Below are positions 8,027 through 17,472 of a stretch of 64,000 nt of DNA, piece after piece (position 1 is the first letter of the stretch; every line of letters begins with the position of its first letter). The translations under genes were made by a program, and so were the position numbers. The DNA is from Thermomicrobiales bacterium (GTDB taxonomy: Bacteria; Chloroflexota; Chloroflexia; Thermomicrobiales; JALYUS01), in assembly GCA_038231255.1 (NCBI GenBank), contig JBBRLR010000004.1, forward strand, positions 17,489-81,488. Direction: 5' to 3'. Below the pieces are notes generated by a model. That model was not told where the DNA came from, did no database searches, and saw only the letters and a list, made by a program, of their open reading frames with translations.

Positions 8027-9415
8027 CTACCCCACCGTTTTGGCGAAAAAGGCGACGGTGGCGGCGTAAAGGTCCTGCGTGTCGGCGTCGCTGGCGTCGG
8101 CGAAGTAATGCTCCATGTTGGGGTAGTAGTGCGTCTCGGCTGATTTGCCGTGCTCCGTAAGGACGGCGGCGAGGTCGGCCGTCTGGTGGGTTGGGACGAT
8201 GCGGTCCTTCGCGCCGTGGGCGAGGAGTAGGGGCGGCAGGCGGTCGGGGTGGAAGGCGGCGGAGTAGCGGAGATACTGCTCCGGGCGGTGATCGGGCGTG
8301 CCGAGGGCGGTCAGAGCGGTGTCAATGTCGCCCAACTCCGGCGGCAGGTCGAGCATACCGCGCTCCCAGTCGAGTCGGTAGGCGAAGAGGTCCGCGATGC
8401 CGCCGAGGACGACCGCGCCGCGCACGCCGCCCTCGCGTTCCAGCCAGCGGTAGACATGGAGCGACGTGAACGAGCCGCCGAGGATGCCGAGCCGCGTCGT
8501 GTCCGCGCGCAGGCTGATCGTGCCCGCCCGCGCAAGGGCGACGAAAGCGGCGGTATCGTCCATGTCCGCCTCCAGATCGAGGCCGCGCGTCGGGAAGATC
8601 GCCAGCACGACGTATCCCCGCGCGGCGAGCGGCACCGAGACGCGATCCCACGATGCGGGCGTGCCCGGATAGATCGCGAGCAGGACGGGCAGCGGGCCGT
8701 CTCCCTCCGTCGGCTCGTAGACGGCGAGGTCGGCGAGCCGTTTACCGCCGCGCGTGAACGCGACCGTCCGCGCGCGGCTCTCGCCATGCGTGGGCAGATC
8801 GCTCGCGCGCGTCTCCATCGGCCCGAGGGCGAGATCGGTCGGCAGGGATGCCGGTCGCGCCATGGCCGGGTGGAGGACGAAGCGGACATCCCGCACCGTC
8901 TCGCCGCCATGCACATGGACCGCCGCGACGCGCCAGGCGAGGAATTGGTGCGGCCGGTTCGCGGGGAAGGCATCACCGTAGCCGCTTTTCGCCGCCATCG
9001 GCACGAAGAGACCGGCCGGGACACCGGCGAGCATATACCCGCCGTCCGCGTTCGTACTCGCGCGATACGTTGTCCCGTCTATCGCGCTGACAACGACGAC
9101 GGCTTTCGCGATTGGTCGCCCATCTTCCTCCGTCACACGCCCGGTGATACTGCCGTGACCGTGCGCGGTCGGATGCGGCAGGCGCGTCTCCGCGAAGCGC
9201 TGCGCGCCATAGAGCAGCACATTGCGCGGCGCGATCAACGCCCCGATCTCCGCGCTGCCGACGAGCAACAACGCGAAGATGAGCGTAAGAACGATCCGGA
9301 AGGACTGAGATCGTAACCCGGTACTCGTTGTTTTCCTCACGATGACTCGCTCGATCGTTGGGAAGGCGATGACAGAACGACGATAGTAACATCTTGCCAA
9401 CAAGACCGCATGCAT
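8027..9415 (-). CDS. Membrane-anchored alpha/beta hydrolase (dienelactone hydrolase/S9-like) with carboxypeptidase-regulatory-like domain
   Basis: N-terminal TM segment IVLTLIFALLLVGSA. GRVTEEDGRPIAKAVVVVSAIDGTTYRASTNADGGYMLAGVPAG looks like CarboxypepD_reg. C-terminal hydrolase fold has LGILGGSFTS and a late AHGAKDRIVP. The start is uncertain (GTG 9340 possible). Confidence 0.7.
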   Translation of the reverse strand: MHAVLLARCYYRRSVIAFPTIERVIVRKTTSTGLRSQSFRIVLTLIFALLLVGSAEIGALIAPRNVLLYGAQRFAETRLPHPTAHGHGSITGRVTEEDGRPIAKAVVVVSAIDGTTYRASTNADGGYMLAGVPAGLFVPMAAKSGYGDAFPANRPHQFLAWRVAAVHVHGGETVRDVRFVLHPAMARPASLPTDLALGPMETRASDLPTHGESRARTVAFTRGGKRLADLAVYEPTEGDGPLPVLLAIYPGTPASWDRVSVPLAARGYVVLAIFPTRGLDLEADMDDTAAFVALARAGTISLRADTTRLGILGGSFTSLHVYRWLEREGGVRGAVVLGGIADLFAYRLDWERGMLDLPPELGDIDTALTALGTPDHRPEQYLRYSAAFHPDRLPPLLLAHGAKDRIVPTHQTADLAAVLTEHGKSAETHYYPNMEHYFADASDADTQDLYAATVAFFAKTVG

Positions 9416-9502
9416 CCTTAATAGTCCGTATTTTCCGTGGAACCGTTCTTGCCTAAGGAACGTTGTACGAGTCAGAGGGATATATTAAAAGGAGCAACAA
9501 TC

Positions 9503-9634
9503 ATGGCGATGCGACCGATGATGAATGACCACCGGACAATCACCCGCGCAGACCTGCTGGTGGTTTCGGCACTGCTCGTCGTCACCATGTTGCTGATTGT
9601 GCTGGCGCAGGCGCTGGGATTCACGCTCCTTTAG
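9503..9634 (+). CDS. Small single-pass membrane protein (43 aa)
   Basis: ATG 9503 preceded by aaaggagcaacaatc. TM helix LLVVSALLVVTMLLIVLAQALGF. Confidence 0.55.
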   Translation: MAMRPMMNDHRTITRADLLVVSALLVVTMLLIVLAQALGFTLL

Positions 9635-9831
9635 CCGATCAACTCCCCTTTCTCTTTCACGCCCGAGGGTGCACCGTTAAGTGGTGCGCCCTTTGGCATT
9701 TCTGTACGCAGGATAGGCTTTACATAATTCCCGAATTTGCTATGATACCGTCACGGTTTTTTCGGCGGTGTGGGTGTGGAATGGGGCGCACGTGGGGTGC
9801 GCGGGGAAAAGAAAGAGAAACGGGGAAGCAC

Positions 9832-11121
9832 ATGGGATCGCCACGCCGTGGGGCATGGTGGGTGGTTGGCGTCGTCGTGTTCAGCCTCGTGTCATCACTG
9901 ATTTCCGTTCAGGCTGATGTGCCGGTCGGTCCGGTCGCCTACAGCGACGTGGGTGGGCACAATATCCGCGAGCCATTCCTCTCGTATTGGTACGCGCACA
10001 GCAGCGAGAGTGTGATCGGCACGCCGATCACCGAGGCGTTCTCGGAGGATGGCGCGACCGTCCAGTATTTCCAGAATGGGCGGCTCGATGTGCGGGCCGA
10101 TGGTATCGTGCAGCCCGGCCCGCTCGGTCGCGAAGCGAGTGGTGGCCGGACGGATGGCCCGTTTGCGCCGATTGCGGTTTTGCCGCCCGATAGCCCGGAG
10201 CGGCGCGGCTTTACGGAATCGAAGCACACGATCGCCTACGCGCTCCGCCGCTTCTGGGAGGCGCACGATGGCGCATCGCTCCTCGGCCTGCCGATCTCCG
10301 AGGAATTCGGGCAAGGCGGCATGACGGTGCAGTTCTTCGAACGGGGCGAATTGGCATGGCGGCCCGACCGCGCGAGCAAGGCGGACGATGTGGCGCTGAT
10401 GCCGCTCGGTCGCGGCGGCTTCGATGCCCGCAAATACCCGGCGGACTGGCTGGGTCGTGCGCCGTCGCAGGCGACCGCACCGATCGCCTTCCATGTGCCG
10501 GTCGTCATGTACCACCACATCGGCCCCGCATCGCGCTACTTCACGACGCTCGGCGATTTCACGGCGCAGATGGATTGGCTGAAGCAGAACGGCTACCACA
10601 CCGTGACGATCACGCAACTCTACGAGGCGATGTACGGCGGGCGGACGCTCCCCGACAAGCCGATTGCGATCACCTTCGACGACGGCAATGCCGACCAGCG
10701 GCTGGCCTTCCCGGTGCTGCGCGATCGCGGCTTCGTCGCGACGTACTTCATCGTCTCGGCCGTCCGCAACCTTTCGGACGACGATCTCGTCTCGCTCGTC
10801 CGTAGCGGCAACGACGTGGAGAGTCACACGGTTGACCATCCGTTCCTAACGCGGATCGGAGATGGCCCGCTCGCGTACGAGTTGCAACAAAGCAAGGCGG
10901 ATTTGGAGAACCGTCTCGGCTGGCCGGTCCGTTACGCTGCCTATCCATATGGGGACTCCAACGGGCGGGTCTGGAACGCGGCAGCCGGTGTCTACCGGGG
11001 AGCCGTTAATGCGACGGGCGGCAACAGTTGGGAGCCGGGCAAGGGCTATGCCGAGCCGCGCATCGAAATCGGCGGCACCATTGGCCTCGGCGGCTTCGTC
11101 GGCTTCGTGACGCGACCGTAA
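9832..11121 (+). CDS. Secreted polysaccharide deacetylase (NodB domain) with LGFP-like repeats
   Basis: Signal/TM AWWVVGVVVFSLVSSLISVQA. Repeats are GTPITEAFSEDGATVQYFQNGRLDV and GLPISEEFGQGGMTVQFFERGELAW. NodB motifs are VVMYHHIG, ITFDDGNADQ and HTVDHPFL. ATG 9832 follows gaaagagaaacgggg. Confidence 0.85.
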   Translation: MGSPRRGAWWVVGVVVFSLVSSLISVQADVPVGPVAYSDVGGHNIREPFLSYWYAHSSESVIGTPITEAFSEDGATVQYFQNGRLDVRADGIVQPGPLGREASGGRTDGPFAPIAVLPPDSPERRGFTESKHTIAYALRRFWEAHDGASLLGLPISEEFGQGGMTVQFFERGELAWRPDRASKADDVALMPLGRGGFDARKYPADWLGRAPSQATAPIAFHVPVVMYHHIGPASRYFTTLGDFTAQMDWLKQNGYHTVTITQLYEAMYGGRTLPDKPIAITFDDGNADQRLAFPVLRDRGFVATYFIVSAVRNLSDDDLVSLVRSGNDVESHTVDHPFLTRIGDGPLAYELQQSKADLENRLGWPVRYAAYPYGDSNGRVWNAAAGVYRGAVNATGGNSWEPGKGYAEPRIEIGGTIGLGGFVGFVTRP

Positions 11122-11158
11122 GAGGCAAGAAAGAGGGGACGGTCGCGCGCCGCGTCGC

Positions 11159-11368
11159 ATGAGCGATAGCGAGAAGGTCGAATTCGTGGAGAGCAGCGGC
11201 AACATCTTCGCCGACCTTGGGCCGCCAAAGCCGGAAGAGTGCCTTGCGAAGGCCGAACTCGCCATCGAAATTGTCGTCACCGAATCCGCTGCACCGGAGG
11301 AGTCTGGCGAGATCACCGTCGCTATCCGACCGAATGCCAAGCGGCTATTCGGGACTGCCCGCGGCTGA
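11159..11368 (+). CDS. Short XRE/HigA-like protein, possibly a truncated solitary remnant
   Basis: The N-terminus VEFVESSGNIFADLGPPKPEECLAKAELAIEI resembles the conserved leader of HigA-type XRE antitoxins. The remaining 35 aa is too short and divergent for a full HTH domain. No partner ORF is adjacent. Confidence 0.35.
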   Translation: MSDSEKVEFVESSGNIFADLGPPKPEECLAKAELAIEIVVTESAAPEESGEITVAIRPNAKRLFGTARG

Positions 11369-11416
11369 CAATCGGCCTCGCACTACTGCCGATTTCTGTC
11401 TACTGACTACCGTTTA

Positions 11417-12235
11417 CTATCCCCGCGCCCCGCGCGTCGCGTTCACTGCAGCGGCGACATCGAGAGCGATATTGGCGGCGGCGCGACTGCCGGTGAGGAA
11501 TTCTTCGACATGCCAGCCGGGCGTCCACGGGTGGAAAAGTTCGTCGGAGATGGCGAGGACGGCGCCGAGGTGCACGCCGCGCACTTGGGCGAGGGCGAGC
11601 AGGGCCGCGAGTTCCATCTCGACCGCGAGGATGCCCGCCGCACCGTACCGTCGCACTTTCCAGCCCATCTCGCGGAAGATCGCGTCCGTCGTCCAGACAC
11701 GCCCGACACCCGGCGTGATGCCGCGCGCCTCGGCCGCCGCGACGAGCGCCTCGGTCAGTTCGGCGTCGGGCACGGGGTCCGCGTCCGGCGGCAGGTAGTG
11801 GTACGACGTGCCCTCCTCGCGCAGCGCGCCCGTTGGGATGACGATGCCGCCAATTGGTAGATCCGGTGTCAGGCTCCCCGCGATCCCGGCGACGATAAAA
11901 GTCCGCGCGCCCGCTTCGATTAGCAGTTCGCAGGCGCTGACCGCCATCGGCGCGCCGATGGCTAACCGCTGGATGGAGATTGGTGCACCGCCGAGTGTGC
12001 CGTTCCAGAAGGGCGCGATGGCCTGCGTCGAGAATCCGTCGCCGGCCGGGCGCGCGTGCGTCTCGTGGACGAGTTGATCGGCGATGTGCGTCTGAAAGGT
12101 GAGCAGCACTGTCGGATGGACGATGTTCGTCTCCGCCGTCCTGCCGAGCCGCTGGAGACGGTACGCGAGGAACGTGCCGGGCGTTAGATGCGCCTCGTCC
12201 GTCTCCCCCGCCGGTATCGTGAACCAGTCGCGCAT
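11417..12235 (-). CDS. Nucleoside phosphorylase (PNP_UDP_1 family)
   Basis: TFIVAGIAGSL and GILAVEMELAALLALA are typical of purine/uridine phosphorylase-fold enzymes. Confidence 0.8.
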   Translation of the reverse strand: MRDWFTIPAGETDEAHLTPGTFLAYRLQRLGRTAETNIVHPTVLLTFQTHIADQLVHETHARPAGDGFSTQAIAPFWNGTLGGAPISIQRLAIGAPMAVSACELLIEAGARTFIVAGIAGSLTPDLPIGGIVIPTGALREEGTSYHYLPPDADPVPDAELTEALVAAAEARGITPGVGRVWTTDAIFREMGWKVRRYGAAGILAVEMELAALLALAQVRGVHLGAVLAISDELFHPWTPGWHVEEFLTGSRAAANIALDVAAAVNATRGARG

Positions 12236-12259
12236 CCGAGCATTTCCTTTCCTGTTCCC

Positions 12260-13888
12260 TCAGGCCGCGCCGGGGCCGCGCACGAACCGGCCGGGCGTCG
12301 CGCCGGTGTGTACGCTGTCGCGGAGGACGCGCGTGCCGTTCACCCAGACATCGCGCACGCCCACCGACAACTGGTGCGACTGATCGAAGGTGGCGCGATC
12401 GGCGATGGTTTCGGGGTCAAAGATGACGACATCGGCGTAGGAACTGGCGCGGAGCAACCCCCGGTCGCGCAGGGAGAGGCGATCCGCGACGGACGAGGTC
12501 ATCTTGCGGACGGCGTCTTCGAGCGTTAACACCCGATCTTCGCGCACGTACTTGCCCAGGACGCGCGGATACGTGCCGTAGGAGCGGGGATGCGTCGGGC
12601 CGCGCTCCGCCGCCCAGGCCGGGTCCACGCCGCCCGCGTCGGTGGAAATCTTGATCCATGGCTGCCTGAGTTGCTCGGCGAGGTTGTCCTCGGTCATCAT
12701 GAAGTAGATTGTGCTGATCCGCTGCCCCTCGGCGACGAGCAGATCAATCGCCGTGTCGAGCCAGTGCGCGCCGCGCTCCGCCGCGATGGCTGAAAGGCGC
12801 ATGCCGTTGTACTTTTTCACTTCGGGTCGCTCCAAGCCGACGGGCACGATGCCGTCCGGCCCGTTTAACGCGCCCATCGCTTCCCAATCGCCCGACGGGT
12901 TGAGCGCCGCCGCGCGGATCGTCGCGCGCATCGCGGGGTCGCGCAGGTTCTCGTATAGTTTGCCGTCCGCCGCAGCCCACGGCGGCAGGACGGACGACAG
13001 CCCCGTGCCGCCCGCGATGTACGGGTACATGTCGGCGGTCACGTCCAGCCCCGCCGCGCGGGCGTCGTTGATCATCTGGATCGCGGCGGGCATCTTGTGC
13101 CAGTTGTCGCGCCCCGCTGCTTTGAGGTGATAAACCTCGACGGCAACCTTCGCCCGCCGCCCAATCTCCAGCGCTTCCCCCATCGCCTCCAGGAACTGAT
13201 CCGCCTCGGAGCGCAGATGCGTGATGTAGACACCGCCGTACCGGGCGATGACCTCGCAGACCGCGACGATCTCGTTTGTCCCGGCATACGTATCGGGGGG
13301 ATAGATCAGGGCGTACGAGACGCCGAACGCGCCGTCCTCCATCGCCTCGGTCATTACGCGGCGCATCGTCGCCAACTCTTCGGCGGTCGCCTCGCCCATC
13401 GCCATCCCCTTGGCGTACTGCCGCAGCGTGCCGCCGCCGAGGAAGGAGCCGACATTCGGCGCGACGCCGCGCTCGGTCATCGCCTCCAGCCAGTGGCGGA
13501 AGCGCGTCCAGTGCCGCGCGCGTTCCTCCCATTCCGGGAGATTGGTCAGGAAGATGGCGTTGCGCATCGGCGCTTCGATCAGGCCGCCAAAGGGTGCGGG
13601 CGTCCATGCCTCGCCCATAATCTCCGTCGTCACGCCCTGCGTGATCTTCGACAGGCATCTGGCGTCCTCCATCAGTGGCAGGATCGAATGGCTCTGGATG
13701 TCAATGAAGCCAGGGCAAACAACCATCCCCGCCGCGTCCACGACCTCGTCAGCATCCGCCGCCGCCAACTGCCCGGCGGGTGCGACCGCCGCCACCCGCT
13801 CCCCGACGAGCGCGACATCGCCGTAGAACCACGGATTGCCCGTCCCATCCACTACTCGCGCGCCCCGGATCAAGACATCGCTCTGCAT
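12260..13888 (-). CDS. N-acyl-D-amino-acid deacylase (D-aminoacylase, amidohydrolase superfamily)
   Basis: DVLIRGARVVDGTGNPWFYGDVALVGERVAAV and PGFIDIQSHS. Start MQSDVL at 13888 follows gagggaggggg. The track start at 13957 is an extension. Confidence 0.85.
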   Translation of the reverse strand: MQSDVLIRGARVVDGTGNPWFYGDVALVGERVAAVAPAGQLAAADADEVVDAAGMVVCPGFIDIQSHSILPLMEDARCLSKITQGVTTEIMGEAWTPAPFGGLIEAPMRNAIFLTNLPEWEERARHWTRFRHWLEAMTERGVAPNVGSFLGGGTLRQYAKGMAMGEATAEELATMRRVMTEAMEDGAFGVSYALIYPPDTYAGTNEIVAVCEVIARYGGVYITHLRSEADQFLEAMGEALEIGRRAKVAVEVYHLKAAGRDNWHKMPAAIQMINDARAAGLDVTADMYPYIAGGTGLSSVLPPWAAADGKLYENLRDPAMRATIRAAALNPSGDWEAMGALNGPDGIVPVGLERPEVKKYNGMRLSAIAAERGAHWLDTAIDLLVAEGQRISTIYFMMTEDNLAEQLRQPWIKISTDAGGVDPAWAAERGPTHPRSYGTYPRVLGKYVREDRVLTLEDAVRKMTSSVADRLSLRDRGLLRASSYADVVIFDPETIADRATFDQSHQLSVGVRDVWVNGTRVLRDSVHTGATPGRFVRGPGAA

Positions 13889-14079
13889 CGTGCGCCCCCT
13901 CCCTCGTGCGGACCATCGCCGGGGTCCATTGTAGAGGAGAAAGGGGCATGTAGACACTAGACAGACGAAAAAGTGCGAAGCGTCTCCACTTTCAACTGCC
14001 TACTGCCTACTGCTTCGGGCACGGTTCGTGCGGAAGGAGACCGGGAACGATGGATCGCCACAAATGAGAGGAGCATGAG

Positions 14080-14574
14080 ATGGCAGAGACGCAACAAACG
14101 ACCGCCACACGGGAGCGAATGATCCAGGGTTTACAGGAAGACCTTGCGCGCGAGTACAAGGCAATCATCCAGTACGTGATCTTCAGCCAGAAGCTCGACG
14201 GTGCGCGCTACATGGACATTGCGGAGGAATTGGCGCTGCATGCCCATGAGGAGTTGGATCACGCACTGGCGATCGCAAAGCAACTCGATTACTTCGGGGA
14301 ATATCCCGTCCACGAGCCGAAGCCGGTCCAGGTGTCGGAAGAAAACGAGGACATGCTTTGGTTCGACCTGCAAGGGGAGGACGAGACGGTCGCCAACTAC
14401 CGGCAACGGATCCGGCAGGCGCAGGAACTCGAAGAATATGCGCTCGCCGAGGTGCTGCAAGGGATCGTGACGCAGGAGCAGGATCATCAGATTGATCTGG
14501 CCACCGCGCTTAGCGTCGTCCCCGATCCCCGGAAGCGTCAAGGACAGGGACCAGGCGCCAAAAAGTCCTCCTGA
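14080..14574 (+). CDS. Ferritin-like (bacterioferritin/DPS-fold) protein
   Basis: Four-helix di-iron pattern: EYKAIIQY, HAHEELDHA, GEDETVANY, QEQDHQIDL. Confidence 0.8.
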   Translation: MAETQQTTATRERMIQGLQEDLAREYKAIIQYVIFSQKLDGARYMDIAEELALHAHEELDHALAIAKQLDYFGEYPVHEPKPVQVSEENEDMLWFDLQGEDETVANYRQRIRQAQELEEYALAEVLQGIVTQEQDHQIDLATALSVVPDPRKRQGQGPGAKKSS

Positions 14575-14589
14575 CACCGCAGCAATGGG

Positions 14590-14694
14590 GAAGTGAGCCG
14601 CCAAGACGCCACGAACGCCAAGAAGAGTGGGAAAAAGAAATACTGATGTTTCTTTCTCTCTTTCTCGGCATTCGTGGCGTCTTGGCGGCTTATT
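14590..14694. repeat. Long decamer-arm hairpin (copy F1)
   Basis: The left arm gccgccaagacgccacgaacgccaagaag pairs with the right arm cggcattcgtggcgtcttggcggc. The centre is purine-rich on the + strand (gggaaaaagaaa). It lies between convergent genes. Confidence 0.85.
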
Positions 14695-14701
14695 TAGATA
14701 G

Positions 14702-16084
14702 CTATTCCTGCTTGCGATACGCCCCAAGATAGGTGAGCATTGCCGCGCCGGTCTTGATACCTTTGTAAAAGCGTTCGATCTCCATGTTCTCGTTCGGGGC
14801 GTGGTTCGATTCGTCGGCGTTGGCGTATGGGACGCCGAAGGCGGGGATGCCGAGCGTTTTGGTGAAGACGTAATCGGGCAGGCTGCCGCCCATCGCGGGG
14901 ACGAGCAGCGGCTCTTCCTCCTGCGCCGCCGCGATCCCCCGGCGGATCGGCTCGGTGTAGGGGGAGTCGAGCCGCGTCTTTGACGGGTCCATGGAACCTT
15001 GCCGGATCAATTCGACACCTGGTGCGTGCGCGCCGATGTGCGCCTCGACTTTCGCGAAGATCTCGTCGGCGGTCTGCGACTCGACAAGGCGGATGTCGCA
15101 CTTCGCGAACGCCTCGTGCGGCAGAACGGTCTTCGAGCCGGGGCCACCGTAGCCGCCGTGCAGTCCATTGATCGTGAAGGTTGGCCACGTCGCCAGCCGT
15201 TCGTAGAAGCCGCGCTCCGTCGGCTGATCGAATTCGTCCAGATCGAGCGATTGCTTGACCGCTGCGATGTCTACTGGGATGTTCGCCAGCGTCTCGCGTT
15301 CGAGCGGCGTCGGCGCGTCCACATTGTCGTAGAAGCCGTCAATCGTCACGATCCCCCGGTCGTTCTTCATCGTCGCGAGCAACTGCACGAGCGTCCAGAT
15401 CGGGTTCGGCGCGACGCCGCCCCAGTTGCCGGAATGCAGATCACGGTTCGCACCACGCGTCCGGAGTTCGAAACTCAAGACGCCGCGCACGCCGAATTTG
15501 AGCCGAGAGCGACCATCCGCGTCCACGGGGCCATCGCTGGTGATGACGAGGTCGGCGCGCAGTTCGTCGCGGTGCTCGCGGGCGAAGACGGGCATCTGCG
15601 GGCTGCCGATCTCTTCCTCTCCTTCGAGCAGCACCTTGATATTGCACGGCAGCGCGCCCCGGCAGGCGAGCAGCGATTCGAGGGCGAGGATGTGCGCGAA
15701 GTGCTGCCCCTTGTTGTCGCCAACGCCGCGCGCGTAGAGCCGCCCGTCGCGGATGGTTGGCTCGAAGGGGGGCGAAAGCCATTCCTCCAACGGATCGGGT
15801 GGCTGGACATCGTAGTGGCCGTAGAGGATGACGGTCGGCGCGCCCGGCGCATCGTTCCGCTCGGCGAGGACCATTGGCCACCCGGCAGTCGGGATGATCC
15901 GCGCCGTCAGACCGATACGGTTCATCACCTCGGCGATGTAGGCCGCAACCTCGGCGATGCCCAGCCCATGCGCGCTGATGCTCGGCATCCGCAAATAGGC
16001 GATGAGGCGATCAAGAAAATCCTGTCGGTGTTCGTCCACATACGCGAAAACATCGCGCAGATCGGGCATATTCTCCGTCGCCAT
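14702..16084 (-). CDS. M20 family dipeptidase
   Basis: YGHYDVQPPDPLEEWLSPPFEPTIRDGRLYARGVGDNKGQ and LLEGEEEIGSP are M20/ArgE-DapE family hallmarks. Confidence 0.9.
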   Translation of the reverse strand: MATENMPDLRDVFAYVDEHRQDFLDRLIAYLRMPSISAHGLGIAEVAAYIAEVMNRIGLTARIIPTAGWPMVLAERNDAPGAPTVILYGHYDVQPPDPLEEWLSPPFEPTIRDGRLYARGVGDNKGQHFAHILALESLLACRGALPCNIKVLLEGEEEIGSPQMPVFAREHRDELRADLVITSDGPVDADGRSRLKFGVRGVLSFELRTRGANRDLHSGNWGGVAPNPIWTLVQLLATMKNDRGIVTIDGFYDNVDAPTPLERETLANIPVDIAAVKQSLDLDEFDQPTERGFYERLATWPTFTINGLHGGYGGPGSKTVLPHEAFAKCDIRLVESQTADEIFAKVEAHIGAHAPGVELIRQGSMDPSKTRLDSPYTEPIRRGIAAAQEEEPLLVPAMGGSLPDYVFTKTLGIPAFGVPYANADESNHAPNENMEIERFYKGIKTGAAMLTYLGAYRKQE

Positions 16085-16184
16085 GACTCCTCCGAAGTAA
16101 CGAGTACCGAGTAACGAGAAAAGGGCCGGGCATCGAGTATAGCACCCGACCCCCGGCCACTCATTGCTCGTTGCTCATTGCCCC

Positions 16185-16631
16185 CTATGCGGGCGGCGCA
16201 AGATTCGCCACAACGAAAAGACTGCGGAAGGCGCGGCACCAGATGTCAGCGGTGTCGTACTGGGCAGGGTCGAAATCGGCGGGGAGGGCGTAGTTCTGGT
16301 TGCCCTTGTTTCCCTTCAGCCCGCCGAGGTCGAGCGTGCCGTTCGCGCCGCTGATCCGCACGCGGAGGTCGGGGCCGTTACTGACGCTTAGATTCTCCAA
16401 TCGGAGGATGTATGTGCCATCGTCCAGTTGATACACCGTCGCCTGACCGGAACCGGGTTCATCAACGACCGCAAACGCCCCTGTCTTTACCGCAACGGGA
16501 TCGGCGGCGACCGACTGCGCAGCGAGCGGTAGGACGATGAGCGCCATCAAAAACACCGCCATGCCGAGGCGCACCGATGTCCGCACACGAAACGTCCCAC
16601 CGTGGCGCCGAAAACCGCTTTTGACGATCAT
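16185..16631 (-). CDS. Secreted DM13 domain protein
   Basis: Signal-like MAVFLMALIVLPLAAQSVAA. DM13-like features are GPDLRVRIS, GNQNYALPADFDPAQYDTADIWCRAFRSLF. ATG 16631 follows ggagag. Confidence 0.7.
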   Translation of the reverse strand: MIVKSGFRRHGGTFRVRTSVRLGMAVFLMALIVLPLAAQSVAADPVAVKTGAFAVVDEPGSGQATVYQLDDGTYILRLENLSVSNGPDLRVRISGANGTLDLGGLKGNKGNQNYALPADFDPAQYDTADIWCRAFRSLFVVANLAPPA

Positions 16632-16756
16632 TTTGCTCTCCTCGTGCGTTCTCTCGTTTCTCAGCCGCTGATATCATCGGGCAACCGACGGGGCCGCGAT
16701 GTTACGATCATTGTGGAATGTAAAGATAACGAAACGCTTACCGAGACACGCGGAGT

Positions 16757-16959
16757 GGTAGCGTAGGCTTATGAAGTTTACCAACTTGATCCGGTAACGG
16801 TTTGGTGGCACAGGTTTTCAACCTGTGAGCCTGGCATGCCGCCCGGAGGGCACCCGGAAATCTGCCCCGCCCGATTATCTAGTTAAGTTGTAAAGGTTTA
16901 TCAGCCTGCGTCTCTGTCTGAAGCCCACCACGGGGACGCAGGCTGAAGCCTACGCTACC
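16757..16959. repeat. MITE-like element, full 203-bp copy with perfect 14-bp terminal inverted repeats
   Basis: Left end ggtagcgtaggctt (16757-16770) is the exact reverse complement of right end aagcctacgctacc (16946-16959). The interior carries the ggtggcacaggttttcaacctgtg hairpin and ggcatgccgcccggagggcacccgg. No ORF. Confidence 0.8.
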
Positions 16960-16962
16960 ATG

Positions 16963-17460
16963 TCAGTCCTCAGTTCTCAGTCCTTCTGTGACGAAGAGGA
17001 GTTCTTCGAACAGGAGCATATTGTCGTCGGCGGCGAGGCGGTTGTTGCGCTCGAAGCCGCAGCCGAGGCAGCGATGGACGACCATCGGCTCGCCGTTGGG
17101 CCGTGTGAAGCGTGCGACGGGGGCCATCTTCGCATTGCAGTCGCTCGCGCGGTCGCCGGGGCGGCCACCGTCCACATGGCGCGAATAGAGGCAGAGCGGG
17201 CAGTGATTGCGGTGCTTACCGCCGCTGATCGTCGGCCCGATGAAGGCGCGGCAATGGACGCATTTGAACGACTCGCGCCCCTCCCGCACCGCGCGGGTCG
17301 GGCCTCGTCGGGTGGCGTCCCGTGGTATGTCGCGCGGCGCACGAACCGGCATGCGCGCGTTGCGCTGCTGGCGATTCTTCGCGGGTGGCAGGGCATATCC
17401 GCCCTCATCTTCTTCGAAGTCTTTGTCCCTCTCCATAAGCATATGATACCAGACAGTCAT
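16963..17460 (-). CDS. RNHCP domain zinc-ribbon protein
   Basis: Contains the literal family signature KHRNHCPLCLYSRHVD plus CVHC, and a distal CLGCG. Basic N-terminal extension. Confidence 0.75.
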   Translation of the reverse strand: MTVWYHMLMERDKDFEEDEGGYALPPAKNRQQRNARMPVRAPRDIPRDATRRGPTRAVREGRESFKCVHCRAFIGPTISGGKHRNHCPLCLYSRHVDGGRPGDRASDCNAKMAPVARFTRPNGEPMVVHRCLGCGFERNNRLAADDNMLLFEELLFVTEGLRTED

Positions 17461-17472
17461 TCGACTGCTTGC

